A DNA stretch of 64,000 nucleotides from an uncultured Acidimicrobiales bacterium (lineage in GTDB: Bacteria; Actinomycetota; Acidimicrobiia; Acidimicrobiales; SHLQ01): the NCBI GenBank assembly GCA_964451305.1, contig CAYVHV010000006.1, positions 10,820 through 74,819 on the forward strand, read 5' to 3'. Under the pieces are notes generated by a model that saw only the letters and a list, made by a program, of their open reading frames with translations, was not told the DNA's origin and made no database searches. Made by a program: the position numbers and the translations under genes. Shown here piece after piece: positions 1 through 8,658 of the stretch (positions are counted from its first letter, which is position 1; every line of letters starts with the position of its first letter).

Positions 1-257
1 TCTTGTAGGACGATCCCTATTCGTTCTCTCCATGCAAGCGGTGCATCTTGGGGATCATGACCGAGGACACTGACGGTTCCCGACGTCCGATTGCGAAATC
101 CCTCGAGGATCTCGATCGTGGTTGTTTTGCCCGCGCCGTTCTGGCCGAGAAAGGCAAGGATCTCGCCGGTGTGGACCTGGAGATCAATATTGTCGACCGC
201 GACGAAGTCGTCGTAATGCATCGACAATCCCTGGACGTCGATCGCGCTGTCCACCAC
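1..257 (-). CDS. ABC transporter ATP-binding protein, N-terminal part (gene continues past the left window edge)
   Basis: Reverse-strand translation from the GTG at 257 reads VDSAIDVQGLSMHYDDFVAVDNIDLQVHTGEILAFLGQNGAGKTTTIEIL, with a Walker A loop (GQNGAGKTT). AGGAGG lies 6 nt upstream of the GTG. It is missing from the ORF track because it is open at the window edge. Confidence 0.85.
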   Translation of the reverse strand, partial: MVDSAIDVQGLSMHYDDFVAVDNIDLQVHTGEILAFLGQNGAGKTTTIEILEGFRNRTSGTVSVLGHDPQDAPLAWRERIGIVLQ

Positions 258-629
258 GCCGTTCCTCCTACCAGTCCATAACTGGGTCGTTGAGTAGAAG
301 GAGAATCCTAGCCGCCGAAGTTGGGCGCAAAACTAGTTGGAGCGGGTGACCACCGTTTCCGGCTGTCACCCGCTCCAAAGAGTGTCCTTGGAAACCCGCC
401 AAGGACTCGTTCCTCGGTATCCCGCCAGAGGACGTGGTGCTGAGCACCTGTCCGTATAGTAGACACATCCGGACTCTAGATTCAATATCCAGAATCACGA
501 TTTATCAGAAATGGGTCTCGCGGACTACCTGGGACCATTTTGTTGCACCTTGGATAACGTACTCTTCAGAGTCCGGTAGGTTTTCCGGGCGCCACGGCGA
601 AATGGCGAAACAGGCAGGAGGCCCAACAA

Positions 630-1406
630 ATGGCCACACGGCGACCTCGGCTTAGTTCTGAGGAGACACGGACGCGTCTTATTGACGTTGGTATTGAATC
701 TCTTCGTCAATACGGAATGTCGATCGGCCTCGACGCGGTCAACTTGGAAGAGGCGGTTCGAGAAGCCGAAGTCTCTCGCTCGTCGGCATACGCTGTCTGG
801 TCGAATGGGGGCTATTCACCCCAGGAAGAGTTTCAGCGAGCTGTCCTGCTTCGTGCAATCGATGAACGTCGTGTCACACTCGAGGTCCTGACGAAGCATG
901 TCGGCGAGCTCTACCAAGGGCTCGGCGAGAAAATGGGTCCCGGTCAGATGCTTCGCGAGATCATCCGACAAACCGGGGCAGCGAACGTCAAGGCGACTGC
1001 CGACTCGACCGGTTGGAAGCTGGTGATTGCGCTGCGTGCGATCATGCACAGCGCCCCCGAGCAAGAACGCGACCAAGAACTCGTGAAGTGGATGTCTGAG
1101 TCGGCTGAGGCTATGCGTGACTACACGATTGAGAATGTATACAAACCGCTCGCGGCGATCGTCGGCCTCGTTCCCCGCGCCCAGTACGGAGAGCGGGCAT
1201 GGGAGCTCGGCTACGAAGCCACGTCAGCGATTACCGAGGGCTTCTCGATGCGGTACTGGATCGATTCCGCGAACTACCTCGATGGGCTGAAACACCACGC
1301 GATGGAAGACGGCGAAGCAAACTGGGGCATGTACGCGATGATCTTCGAGAAGATTACCGAGATCTTCTTCGTTCCCTCTTCTGGAAGCTGGGACGACTTC
1401 GAATAG
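630..1406 (+). CDS. TetR-family transcriptional regulator (long form)
   Basis: The N-terminus TRTRLIDVGIESLRQYGMSIGLDAVNLEEAVREAEVSRSSAYAVW fits the TetR helix-turn-helix pattern. GGAGG precedes the ATG. Confidence 0.7.
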   Translation: MATRRPRLSSEETRTRLIDVGIESLRQYGMSIGLDAVNLEEAVREAEVSRSSAYAVWSNGGYSPQEEFQRAVLLRAIDERRVTLEVLTKHVGELYQGLGEKMGPGQMLREIIRQTGAANVKATADSTGWKLVIALRAIMHSAPEQERDQELVKWMSESAEAMRDYTIENVYKPLAAIVGLVPRAQYGERAWELGYEATSAITEGFSMRYWIDSANYLDGLKHHAMEDGEANWGMYAMIFEKITEIFFVPSSGSWDDFE

Positions 1407-1422
1407 CGCGCCCGAATGAGGC

Positions 1423-2739
1423 TCAGCGCGGTGTGAACACCGCGGGGAGATGCTTGATCCCGTGGATAAAGCTCGACTCCAGAAGGTCGGGCGGGCCAGC
1501 GGTTTCAATATCATCGAGGCGTCGGAACAGCTCGCTGAACATGACACCAATCTCGCGTCGTGCGAGGTGCGCCCCGAGACAGAAGTGAGGTCCTGGGCCG
1601 CCAAAACCTAAATGCTTGTTCGGGTTGCGTTGGACGTCGAACGTCAGTGGATCTTCAAAGTGCGCGTCGTCTCTGTTCGCGGCGACGTAGAACATGGCGA
1701 GCTTGTCGCCCTTTTGGATCTTGGTGTTCCCGAGCGTTGTGTCAGCGGTTGCGGTTCGACGCATGTACGACACGGGACTTCCTATCCGGACGATCTCCTC
1801 GACAGCGGTTTGGGTGACACCTTCGATGTCGGCTTTCCAGATCTCGCGCTGGTCAGGGTTCTTCGTGAGGTAATGCAGTCCCCACGAGATCGCGTTGCGG
1901 GTCGTTTCGTTCCCGGCGACGACGAGAAGAATGAAGAACGACGCGATGTCGCTCGGGCTGAGGCGTTCGCCGTCGACTTCGCTGTTCACGAGGATCGAGG
2001 TCAGGTCGGTGTCGTCGCCACCTTTCTTTGACTCGGCAACACTGGTCATGAGTTCGGCCAATGCACCGCCGGCGCCGAGCAGCGCCGTGACGACGTCGGT
2101 GCCATCGGGTCGATACTCGGGATCTGATGCCCCCAGCACTGTGTTCGTCTGTTCGAACACGAAATCCAACTCGCTGCGAGGAACACCCATGAGGTCGCAC
2201 ACGATCGCGAGCGGCAACTGCGCGGCGACGTCGACCACGAAATCGCATTCGCCGCGCTCGGCAACGTCGTCGACGATGCGCGTCGCCTGTTCGTTCACGC
2301 TGTCGTCGAGTGCAGCGAGCATCCGCGGAGTGAAGCCGAGCGAGACCAGGCGGCGAAGTCGGCCGTGGCGGGGATCGTCCATCGCGATCATCGAGCTATA
2401 GAACTCGAGGAAGGCTTGAGGAAGATCAGTGATCGTGATGCCATCGGCCGATGAGAAGATCTCCGGCTTGCGAGACATCTCGACGATGTGGTCGTAGCTC
2501 GTGACCGCCCACGCTCCCGGTCCATTCGGTATGCCGATGCTCTCGGTCTCGGGTTCGGGAAAGAAGGTCGGTCCACCCGCCCGGATCGCCGCCAACTCGT
2601 GATCAACAAGGTCGGGGTCCTGAGTCCAAAACGACCCATACAGCGGATTCGGTTCGTGCAAAGCGTCGGTCACCCCAGCATCATCGCACGTCGATTCGGC
2701 CGCCGCTCCAAAGACGGTCGCACCCGCACCCTCATCCAC
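1423..2739 (-). CDS. cytochrome P450
   Basis: Heme-thiolate loop FGGPGPHFCLGAHLARRE (FxxGxxxCxG), an ExxR-type motif (EEIVR), and an I-helix-like AGNETT. Confidence 0.9.
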   Translation of the reverse strand: MDEGAGATVFGAAAESTCDDAGVTDALHEPNPLYGSFWTQDPDLVDHELAAIRAGGPTFFPEPETESIGIPNGPGAWAVTSYDHIVEMSRKPEIFSSADGITITDLPQAFLEFYSSMIAMDDPRHGRLRRLVSLGFTPRMLAALDDSVNEQATRIVDDVAERGECDFVVDVAAQLPLAIVCDLMGVPRSELDFVFEQTNTVLGASDPEYRPDGTDVVTALLGAGGALAELMTSVAESKKGGDDTDLTSILVNSEVDGERLSPSDIASFFILLVVAGNETTRNAISWGLHYLTKNPDQREIWKADIEGVTQTAVEEIVRIGSPVSYMRRTATADTTLGNTKIQKGDKLAMFYVAANRDDAHFEDPLTFDVQRNPNKHLGFGGPGPHFCLGAHLARREIGVMFSELFRRLDDIETAGPPDLLESSFIHGIKHLPAVFTPR

Positions 2740-2766
2740 TGAGTGAGACGTCGATCGCTGACGGCG

Positions 2767-3390
2767 TTAGTCGATTCCGTGTTCGATCGCGTAGCGGATG
2801 AGCTCTTGTTTTCTATTGAGCTGGAGTTTCTTCAGAATGTTCCGGACGTGATTCTCGACGGTCTTGGCCGAAATGAAGAGTGTTTCGCCGATCTCTTTAT
2901 ACGTATGGCCTCGGGCGACGTATTGCAGAACTTCTCGTTCACGCTCGGACAACGCTTCGCCGGGGATCTCGGCTTTGTGCAGCCTGCGAAACTCGGTGAG
3001 TACGAGCGCTGCGAGCGAGGCGGAGAAGACCGGTTCGCCTTTCGATGCCTTCCAGAGCTGCTCGCGTAGTTCGTCGGGGTTGGTGGACTTGACGAGATAG
3101 CCGAGAGCGCCGGCCGCGATTGCATCCAGTAGGTCCGACTCGGCTTCTGAGACTGTCAGCATCACGACCGGAACCTTGCCGCCGATCGCTTTGACGAGTG
3201 CGATGCCACCACCTTCGGGCATGTTGAGATCCGAGAGTACGAGGTCGGGGTCGGTCGCTTCGATGACGGCGATAGCTTCCTTCGCGTCAGCGGCTTCACC
3301 AACGACGGTGAAGTTCTCTCCGAGGTCAGCTCGCAGGCCGGTTCTCCAAATCGAATGGTCGTCTGCAATGACAACTTTCACCGCTGCCAT
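2767..3390 (-). CDS. response regulator, NarL/LuxR family
   Basis: Receiver domain (KVVIADDHSIWRTGL, DLVLSDLNMP) plus a C-terminal LuxR HTH (LSEREREVLQYVARGHTYKEIGETLFISAKTVENHV). I set the start at MAAVKV (ATG 3390, GGAGG upstream) because the longer track ORF overlaps the kinase gene. Confidence 0.9.
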   Translation of the reverse strand: MAAVKVVIADDHSIWRTGLRADLGENFTVVGEAADAKEAIAVIEATDPDLVLSDLNMPEGGGIALVKAIGGKVPVVMLTVSEAESDLLDAIAAGALGYLVKSTNPDELREQLWKASKGEPVFSASLAALVLTEFRRLHKAEIPGEALSEREREVLQYVARGHTYKEIGETLFISAKTVENHVRNILKKLQLNRKQELIRYAIEHGID

Positions 3391-3415
3391 AAGAGATGCC
3401 TCCAGTGTCGGTGGT

Positions 3416-4588
3416 CTACACCCATAGTTGTACTTCGGTGCCGCGACCGGTCGTACTTTCGATGTCGGCAGTTCCACCGACTTCTTCAATACGCCCGCGA
3501 ATCGACGACGAGATTCCGATCGACTCGGTCATCGACGCCATATCGAAGCCAAGGCCATCATCTTTGATGCTGACGAACACGATTGCGGCCGCCGCTTCGG
3601 CGGGCTTCGCGATGAACGAGTCTTCGGCGGGTTCGGCGTAGATCGTCACCTTCTTGGCATGTCCGTGCTTACCCGCATTGGTTAGCGCTTCACCGACGGC
3701 GCCGGTCAGCGCCGACAGCTGTGGGTTGCTCAGTGCCGGGAGATCTTGCGCCACGACGACACTCACTTTGCACGGAGGGTGCAACTTCTCGTGTTTCGCG
3801 GCGAGCCGTCGCATCGCTGGTTCAAACGCCTCCTGATCGCCTCGCGATCCGGCGAGGAACCCGCGCAGGTCGTGCTCTTGGTCTCGGGCGAGTGCGGCCA
3901 GCTCGGCATCTTCTGAACGCCGTTGGATCACGGCAAGTGTTTGCAGCACCCCATCGTGCAACTCTCGCACGACTTCCTCCCGCGCCCGAGCGACCGAAAT
4001 TTCTGCTTCCGCTCGACGGAGGCGAGTGACGACGTATCCCGCGAGCGTTCCGGTCATGACCCACAACCCGAGCTTGGAGACTGCGGCCAAAGCGCTGTCG
4101 CTTCGCTCGAGGACAATCGTTTCGGAATAGAAGCCAGCGGCTCCGATGAACAGCGAACTCACGAACCCGGCCCGGGCCCCAAACAGGATGCCTGCGGCCA
4201 TGATGCCCGCCGCAGGCCAGCTCCACGGGAGTGACTGTGCTCTATCAGCGGAGTACACGAAGGAATCTCCGAGCAGGACGATCACACCGACCGACAGCTC
4301 AAAGATCACCGCGCCAAGGCTGGCCCGATCGAACGGCTTGAGGGTCGACGGCCAGCTCGTGAGAAATAGCGTCGTGACGGCCATGAGCGCAAGAAGAGCC
4401 CACGCAACCGCAGGTCGAATGAGGTCTTCGCCCGACAAGGCGACACCGAGCGATGCGTACCCGAGCGTCACCCAGCGAAAGACCGAGAGCACTCGAAAGA
4501 GCCCGCCGACGAGGGCGAGCTCAGTTTCAGGGCTGGCTTTCGGAGTGCGATATGAGCCGAATGGCTCACTCGGTATGGGATTTGTCAC
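3416..4588 (-). CDS. sensor histidine kinase (HisKA_3 / NarX-DesK type), multi-pass membrane N-terminus
   Basis: H-box ELHDGVLQTLAVIQRR, an ATPase region (ALTNAGKHGHA, DDGLGF), and about 5 hydrophobic N-terminal helices. It sits directly upstream of the response regulator. Confidence 0.85.
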   Translation of the reverse strand: MTNPIPSEPFGSYRTPKASPETELALVGGLFRVLSVFRWVTLGYASLGVALSGEDLIRPAVAWALLALMAVTTLFLTSWPSTLKPFDRASLGAVIFELSVGVIVLLGDSFVYSADRAQSLPWSWPAAGIMAAGILFGARAGFVSSLFIGAAGFYSETIVLERSDSALAAVSKLGLWVMTGTLAGYVVTRLRRAEAEISVARAREEVVRELHDGVLQTLAVIQRRSEDAELAALARDQEHDLRGFLAGSRGDQEAFEPAMRRLAAKHEKLHPPCKVSVVVAQDLPALSNPQLSALTGAVGEALTNAGKHGHAKKVTIYAEPAEDSFIAKPAEAAAAIVFVSIKDDGLGFDMASMTESIGISSSIRGRIEEVGGTADIESTTGRGTEVQLWV

Positions 4589-4675
4589 GTCGATTCCCTA
4601 AGCATCGCATTCCCCAGCGCTCTTTGGGGGAAACCCCCAGGGTTCAAACACCGTGCGTTCTGGCTCAATGAAGAC

Positions 4676-6010
4676 ATGACAGCGAAGATGACCTCACCAA
4701 ACACCCCAACACTCGCCTCGATGGCGGCCGCCGCAAAGTCCGATCGCAACCGTGCGATCGACTTTTATCGCGTCGTCGCAATGCTCTTCGTGGCACTCGG
4801 CCACTGGCTGGCACTCGTTGCCATCACCGATCAAAACGGTGAGGTCGTCGGCGGCAATGCCATCGAGTTCGCACCGAACCTCGGTTGGATCAGCTGGGTC
4901 ATGCAGGTCATGCCGTTGTTCTTCGTCGTCGGCGGTTTCTCTTCAGCGATGTCGCTCGACTCGCACAACCGCAAGAACGGCAACGCTCCCGACTGGATTG
5001 CCGCACGCCTTCGCCGGATGCTGCCACCGGCGGTCCTGCTCGCCGGAACCTGGCTCGTCATCATCGCCGGCGGTGCCGCCGCTGGTCAGCTCGAGATCGC
5101 CGGTCTGGCGCTCCAAGCCGCTGCGGTGCCTCTGTGGTTCTTGGCGAACTACACGATCGATACCGCGCTCGCCCCGTTCGTTCTTCCTCGCTTCCGCACG
5201 AATCCTCGCCTCGTCGTCGGCGGCCTCGTCGGTGCCTTTGTTGCGTTCGAATTGATGCGAATCGCAGATGTTCCGCTGTTGCCCCACCTCAACTGGGTTC
5301 TCGGCTGGCTGATCTTCCAGGTCATGGGTATGGCATGGCGCGATGGGATGCTTCCAACCGGCCGCACGCTTCACGCCGCAGCCGCAGCGATGTGGGCAGC
5401 CACCGTTGCGCTCGTTCTTTCCGGCGGACCATGGACCATCACGATGGTCAACGTGGCTGGCATCGAGAACTCTCCAACCAACCCGCCGACCCTCAGCCTG
5501 ATGACCTTCGGTGCCGCATACAGCTTGACCGCAATCGCATTCGCCCCACGTATTTCTGCCGCCTTGGCCAACCGCCCGAAAGCTTGGGCCGCCGTCGTTG
5601 GAGCAAACACGGTTGCGATGAGCGTCTACCTCTGGCACATGACCGCTGCGGTCATCGTGAGTGCAGCCATGCACTTCACCGTTGGCCTTCCCCAACACAC
5701 CGTGGCGTCGCTCGACTGGTGGCTCTTCAAGATCCCGACGGTGCTTCTGTCGATCATCGTCTTGGCGCCGATCGTCGCCGTCGTCTCTACGGTCGAGCGC
5801 AACGCACTCCTCGCTCCTCGGCGTCCCTGGAACGGCGGCTTGGCCTCGATCTTTGCCGTAGCGATCGTGACATCGTTCGCTCTGAAACTCTGGTCCGGCG
5901 GCGAACTCGCTACTGCGGTTCCTTCGCTCGCCATCTTGGTGGCGTTCGGTGCGACGATCTTGCGGCCGACCAAGGTCGTGCCAGCTCCAGCTGAGCCTGT
6001 TGAGGCCTAA
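4676..6010 (+). CDS. acyltransferase family 3 integral membrane protein
   Basis: N-terminal RNRAIDFYRVVAMLFVALGHWL is typical of acyltransferase_3 (OafA-like). About 10 hydrophobic segments. Confidence 0.75.
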   Translation: MTAKMTSPNTPTLASMAAAAKSDRNRAIDFYRVVAMLFVALGHWLALVAITDQNGEVVGGNAIEFAPNLGWISWVMQVMPLFFVVGGFSSAMSLDSHNRKNGNAPDWIAARLRRMLPPAVLLAGTWLVIIAGGAAAGQLEIAGLALQAAAVPLWFLANYTIDTALAPFVLPRFRTNPRLVVGGLVGAFVAFELMRIADVPLLPHLNWVLGWLIFQVMGMAWRDGMLPTGRTLHAAAAAMWAATVALVLSGGPWTITMVNVAGIENSPTNPPTLSLMTFGAAYSLTAIAFAPRISAALANRPKAWAAVVGANTVAMSVYLWHMTAAVIVSAAMHFTVGLPQHTVASLDWWLFKIPTVLLSIIVLAPIVAVVSTVERNALLAPRRPWNGGLASIFAVAIVTSFALKLWSGGELATAVPSLAILVAFGATILRPTKVVPAPAEPVEA

Positions 6011-6040
6011 CCCGAACCGGCTGGGCAACGTATCGACCCG

Positions 6041-6838
6041 TTAGCCCTGAGCAGTTCTGGTGATGCTGACCTCGCCGAACCCGGTGAAGGACGCCGTTGC
6101 CGTCGACCCTCCCGGGAGCAATATCGCGCCGGTGCATGTACCGGATAGGACGAACTCGTTGGCCTTCAGCTCGATCTGGCGAGCACTGAGATGGTTCACC
6201 AGCCACTCGAGCGATCGCCACGGATCACCGAGAATGTCCGATCCGTTTCCTGCCGAGACCTCCTCACCGTCGATGGTCAAGGTGACGGTAATTCCAGCGA
6301 GAGATGGACAGTGTTCTGTCTCGACGGGATCACCAAAGACGACCCCACCATTCTGGCCCGAATCTGCAATCAGGCTGAGATAGCTGACCGCACCCCAGTC
6401 GGTGAAGCGCGATGTGGCGATCTCGAAAGACGGGACCACCGCCAGAGTTGCTTCTTTGACCTCCTCGACCGAGTACTGACTGTCGCGCGGCGGCAGGTTC
6501 TTGCCGAGGACGAAGGCAAACTCGCTCTCGATCATCGGATTATGAATGGCGTCGTACGGCAACGGTTCGGGGCCGTAGACGGTGTCTTTGAACACTCGCC
6601 CAGGAAACGACTCCGGGGAGTTGAGAATCTGCATGGCCCTCGCTGAGGTGCAGCCGACCTTCCAACCAATTGGTTCCCAACCCAGCATTTCCGCGTGGGA
6701 GGTGGCGATCATATGAGCAGATGCTGGATCGTTCGGCGCGTTGTCGCCGAGACTATCGATCTGACCGACAGCAAGCCGTGCCTCAGTGAGGTCTTTTGCA
6801 GCCTTAGTGATTTGATCACGGGTCAACATGGCTGCCAT
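6041..6838 (-). CDS. 2-keto-4-pentenoate hydratase / fumarylacetoacetate-hydrolase-family hydratase-decarboxylase
   Basis: GWKVGCTSARAMQIL and the overall MhpD/HpcG-like layout, about 265 aa. Confidence 0.7.
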   Translation of the reverse strand: MAAMLTRDQITKAAKDLTEARLAVGQIDSLGDNAPNDPASAHMIATSHAEMLGWEPIGWKVGCTSARAMQILNSPESFPGRVFKDTVYGPEPLPYDAIHNPMIESEFAFVLGKNLPPRDSQYSVEEVKEATLAVVPSFEIATSRFTDWGAVSYLSLIADSGQNGGVVFGDPVETEHCPSLAGITVTLTIDGEEVSAGNGSDILGDPWRSLEWLVNHLSARQIELKANEFVLSGTCTGAILLPGGSTATASFTGFGEVSITRTAQG

Positions 6839-6926
6839 TGCAAAGGTCTATCAGCTCGATCGGTCCGGGCGCCAAGCGATCGGAGCGCTAGTCTGATCGC
6901 CACATCAATCGAGGAGAAATCAACTC

Positions 6927-7427
6927 ATGGCTGAAACGGCACTTCGAGGCAACCCAGTACAGACTTCCGGGGATCTCCCCGCTGTAGGGGCAGCTGCCCC
7001 AGCGTTCACACTCACCGGCTCGGACCTCGGCGCCGTCACGTCGGATGATCTGGCAGGCCAGCGAGTCGTCCTCAATATCTTCCCGTCGGTCGATACCCCA
7101 ACGTGTGCAGCCAGTGTCCGGACGTTTAATGAACGAGCCGCCGAGATGGACAACACAACCGTCCTGTGCGTTTCGGCCGACCTGCCGTTTGCGCAGGGTC
7201 GATTCTGTGGCGCCGAGGGCATCGAGAACGTCAAGACCGCGTCGACGTTCAAGAACGCAGACTTCCTCGCCAACTACGGCGTCGGCATGGTCGACGGGCC
7301 ACTCGAGGGCCTGTGCGCCCGCGCCGTTGTCGTCCTCGACGAGTCCGGCAACGTTCTCCACCAAGAACTCGTCGGAGAGATCGCCGACGAGCCAAACTAC
7401 GACGCTGCAATCAGCGCCCTCAGCTAA
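6927..7427 (+). CDS. tpx: thiol peroxidase (atypical 2-Cys peroxiredoxin)
   Basis: [30 protein letters not shown] with a second Cys in [15 protein letters not shown]. 166 aa. Confidence 0.9.
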   Translation: MAETALRGNPVQTSGDLPAVGAAAPAFTLTGSDLGAVTSDDLAGQRVVLNIFPSVDTPTCAASVRTFNERAAEMDNTTVLCVSADLPFAQGRFCGAEGIENVKTASTFKNADFLANYGVGMVDGPLEGLCARAVVVLDESGNVLHQELVGEIADEPNYDAAISALS

Positions 7428-7466
7428 CGCCGCTGAGCAGTCACAGCACCGCACAACATCTCAAAC

Positions 7467-7907
7467 GTGAAACGTTTCTCGACCGGCCCGCTCATCACGG
7501 GCGGGTTGGTCGCGGGATTTTTCACGGTCCTCTCACTCGTCCTTCCGTGGTTCGACATCCTCGGACGTGAGCGATCGAGCATCGACATTCTTCGAAGTGC
7601 GAGTGTTCTCGATGTGATCGAAGGCAGCCTGAAAGTGGCGGTGATCTTCGGCTGGTTGCTCGCGCCGGTCACCGTGTCGGCGGCGATGTTTCTCGCAGCA
7701 TCGGGGCGACACCGTATGGCGGCGGTGCTCTTGCTTCCCGTCGGTGCGATGACGATGCTCGTCGTCGGTGCCAGCCTCGTCGTCGACGAGATTGGCCTGG
7801 CATGGGGAGCATTTGTTGGATTGGGTTCCGCCCTCGCGGCGTTCATCCTTGCGGTTATGGTCTTGCTCAGCCCTCGTCCATCCATCGCGCCAGGAGGTTC
7901 GACATGA
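7467..7907 (+). CDS. hypothetical 4-TM membrane protein
   Basis: Four hydrophobic segments. Its stop overlaps the next start (ATGA at 7904-7907), which suggests translational coupling. Confidence 0.5.
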   Translation: MKRFSTGPLITGGLVAGFFTVLSLVLPWFDILGRERSSIDILRSASVLDVIEGSLKVAVIFGWLLAPVTVSAAMFLAASGRHRMAAVLLLPVGAMTMLVVGASLVVDEIGLAWGAFVGLGSALAAFILAVMVLLSPRPSIAPGGST

Positions 7908-8608
7908 GCGAGCTCCACATCTTCTTCATCGATGAACTCACCGCAGCACAGCCCGGCGACGTGGTGACGTTCGGTCGGAGTGGCGATATCGAAGTCGATG
8001 AAGCCAACAAGTACATGCACCGCATCGTTGGTACCTTCTTTGACCGCGACAACGTGTGGTGGCTGACGAACAACAGCAAGCACGGAAACCTGACATTGGC
8101 TGGTGACGGCGGACGCCTGACCCGTCTGCCGCCGTCAGCTGTCACCGCGCTCACCGAGGTCACCGGCGCTATCCGGTTCGATTCCGGCCCGACAACATAC
8201 GAATTGGGTTGGACTCTGCCTGGGCAAGACCCACTGATGCCCCCGAGCTCGACCGATGATGAGGACAGCGACGCATCGCCCGATGCCACACGTCAGTTCG
8301 GTGTTGTCAACCTCAACCATGAGCAGAAGCAGCTACTCGTGTCGCTCGCTGAAGCTTCGTTACTCGACCCCACGGCACCATCCACCGATCTTCCTGCGAA
8401 CGCATCGGTTGCGCACCGGCTGGGTTGGTCTGCGAAGAAACTCGACCGAAAACTCGACTATCTCTGCGCCCGCTTGGCATCGGTCGGGGTCCGCGGACTC
8501 CGGGGTGAGAAAGGCTTTGAAGCCATCGACCGCCGGAGTCGCCTCGTCGAACACGCCATGTCATCGGGGATGATTAGTGCAGCGGACCTCGACATCATCA
8601 ACGAGTGA
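7904..8608 (+). CDS. FHA-domain protein with an uncharacterised C-terminal domain
   Basis: VTFGRSGDIEVDEANKYMHRIVGTFFDRDNVWWLTNNSKHGNLTL fits the FHA pattern (GR...H...N.S..G). Start set at MSELH (GGAGG 6 nt upstream) rather than at the longer track ORF. Confidence 0.6.
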   Translation: MSELHIFFIDELTAAQPGDVVTFGRSGDIEVDEANKYMHRIVGTFFDRDNVWWLTNNSKHGNLTLAGDGGRLTRLPPSAVTALTEVTGAIRFDSGPTTYELGWTLPGQDPLMPPSSTDDEDSDASPDATRQFGVVNLNHEQKQLLVSLAEASLLDPTAPSTDLPANASVAHRLGWSAKKLDRKLDYLCARLASVGVRGLRGEKGFEAIDRRSRLVEHAMSSGMISAADLDIINE

Positions 8609-8658
8609 GCGTGTAGAAATCCCTTAACGAGGGACCCGGTCGGCCGATATGGATCTCT

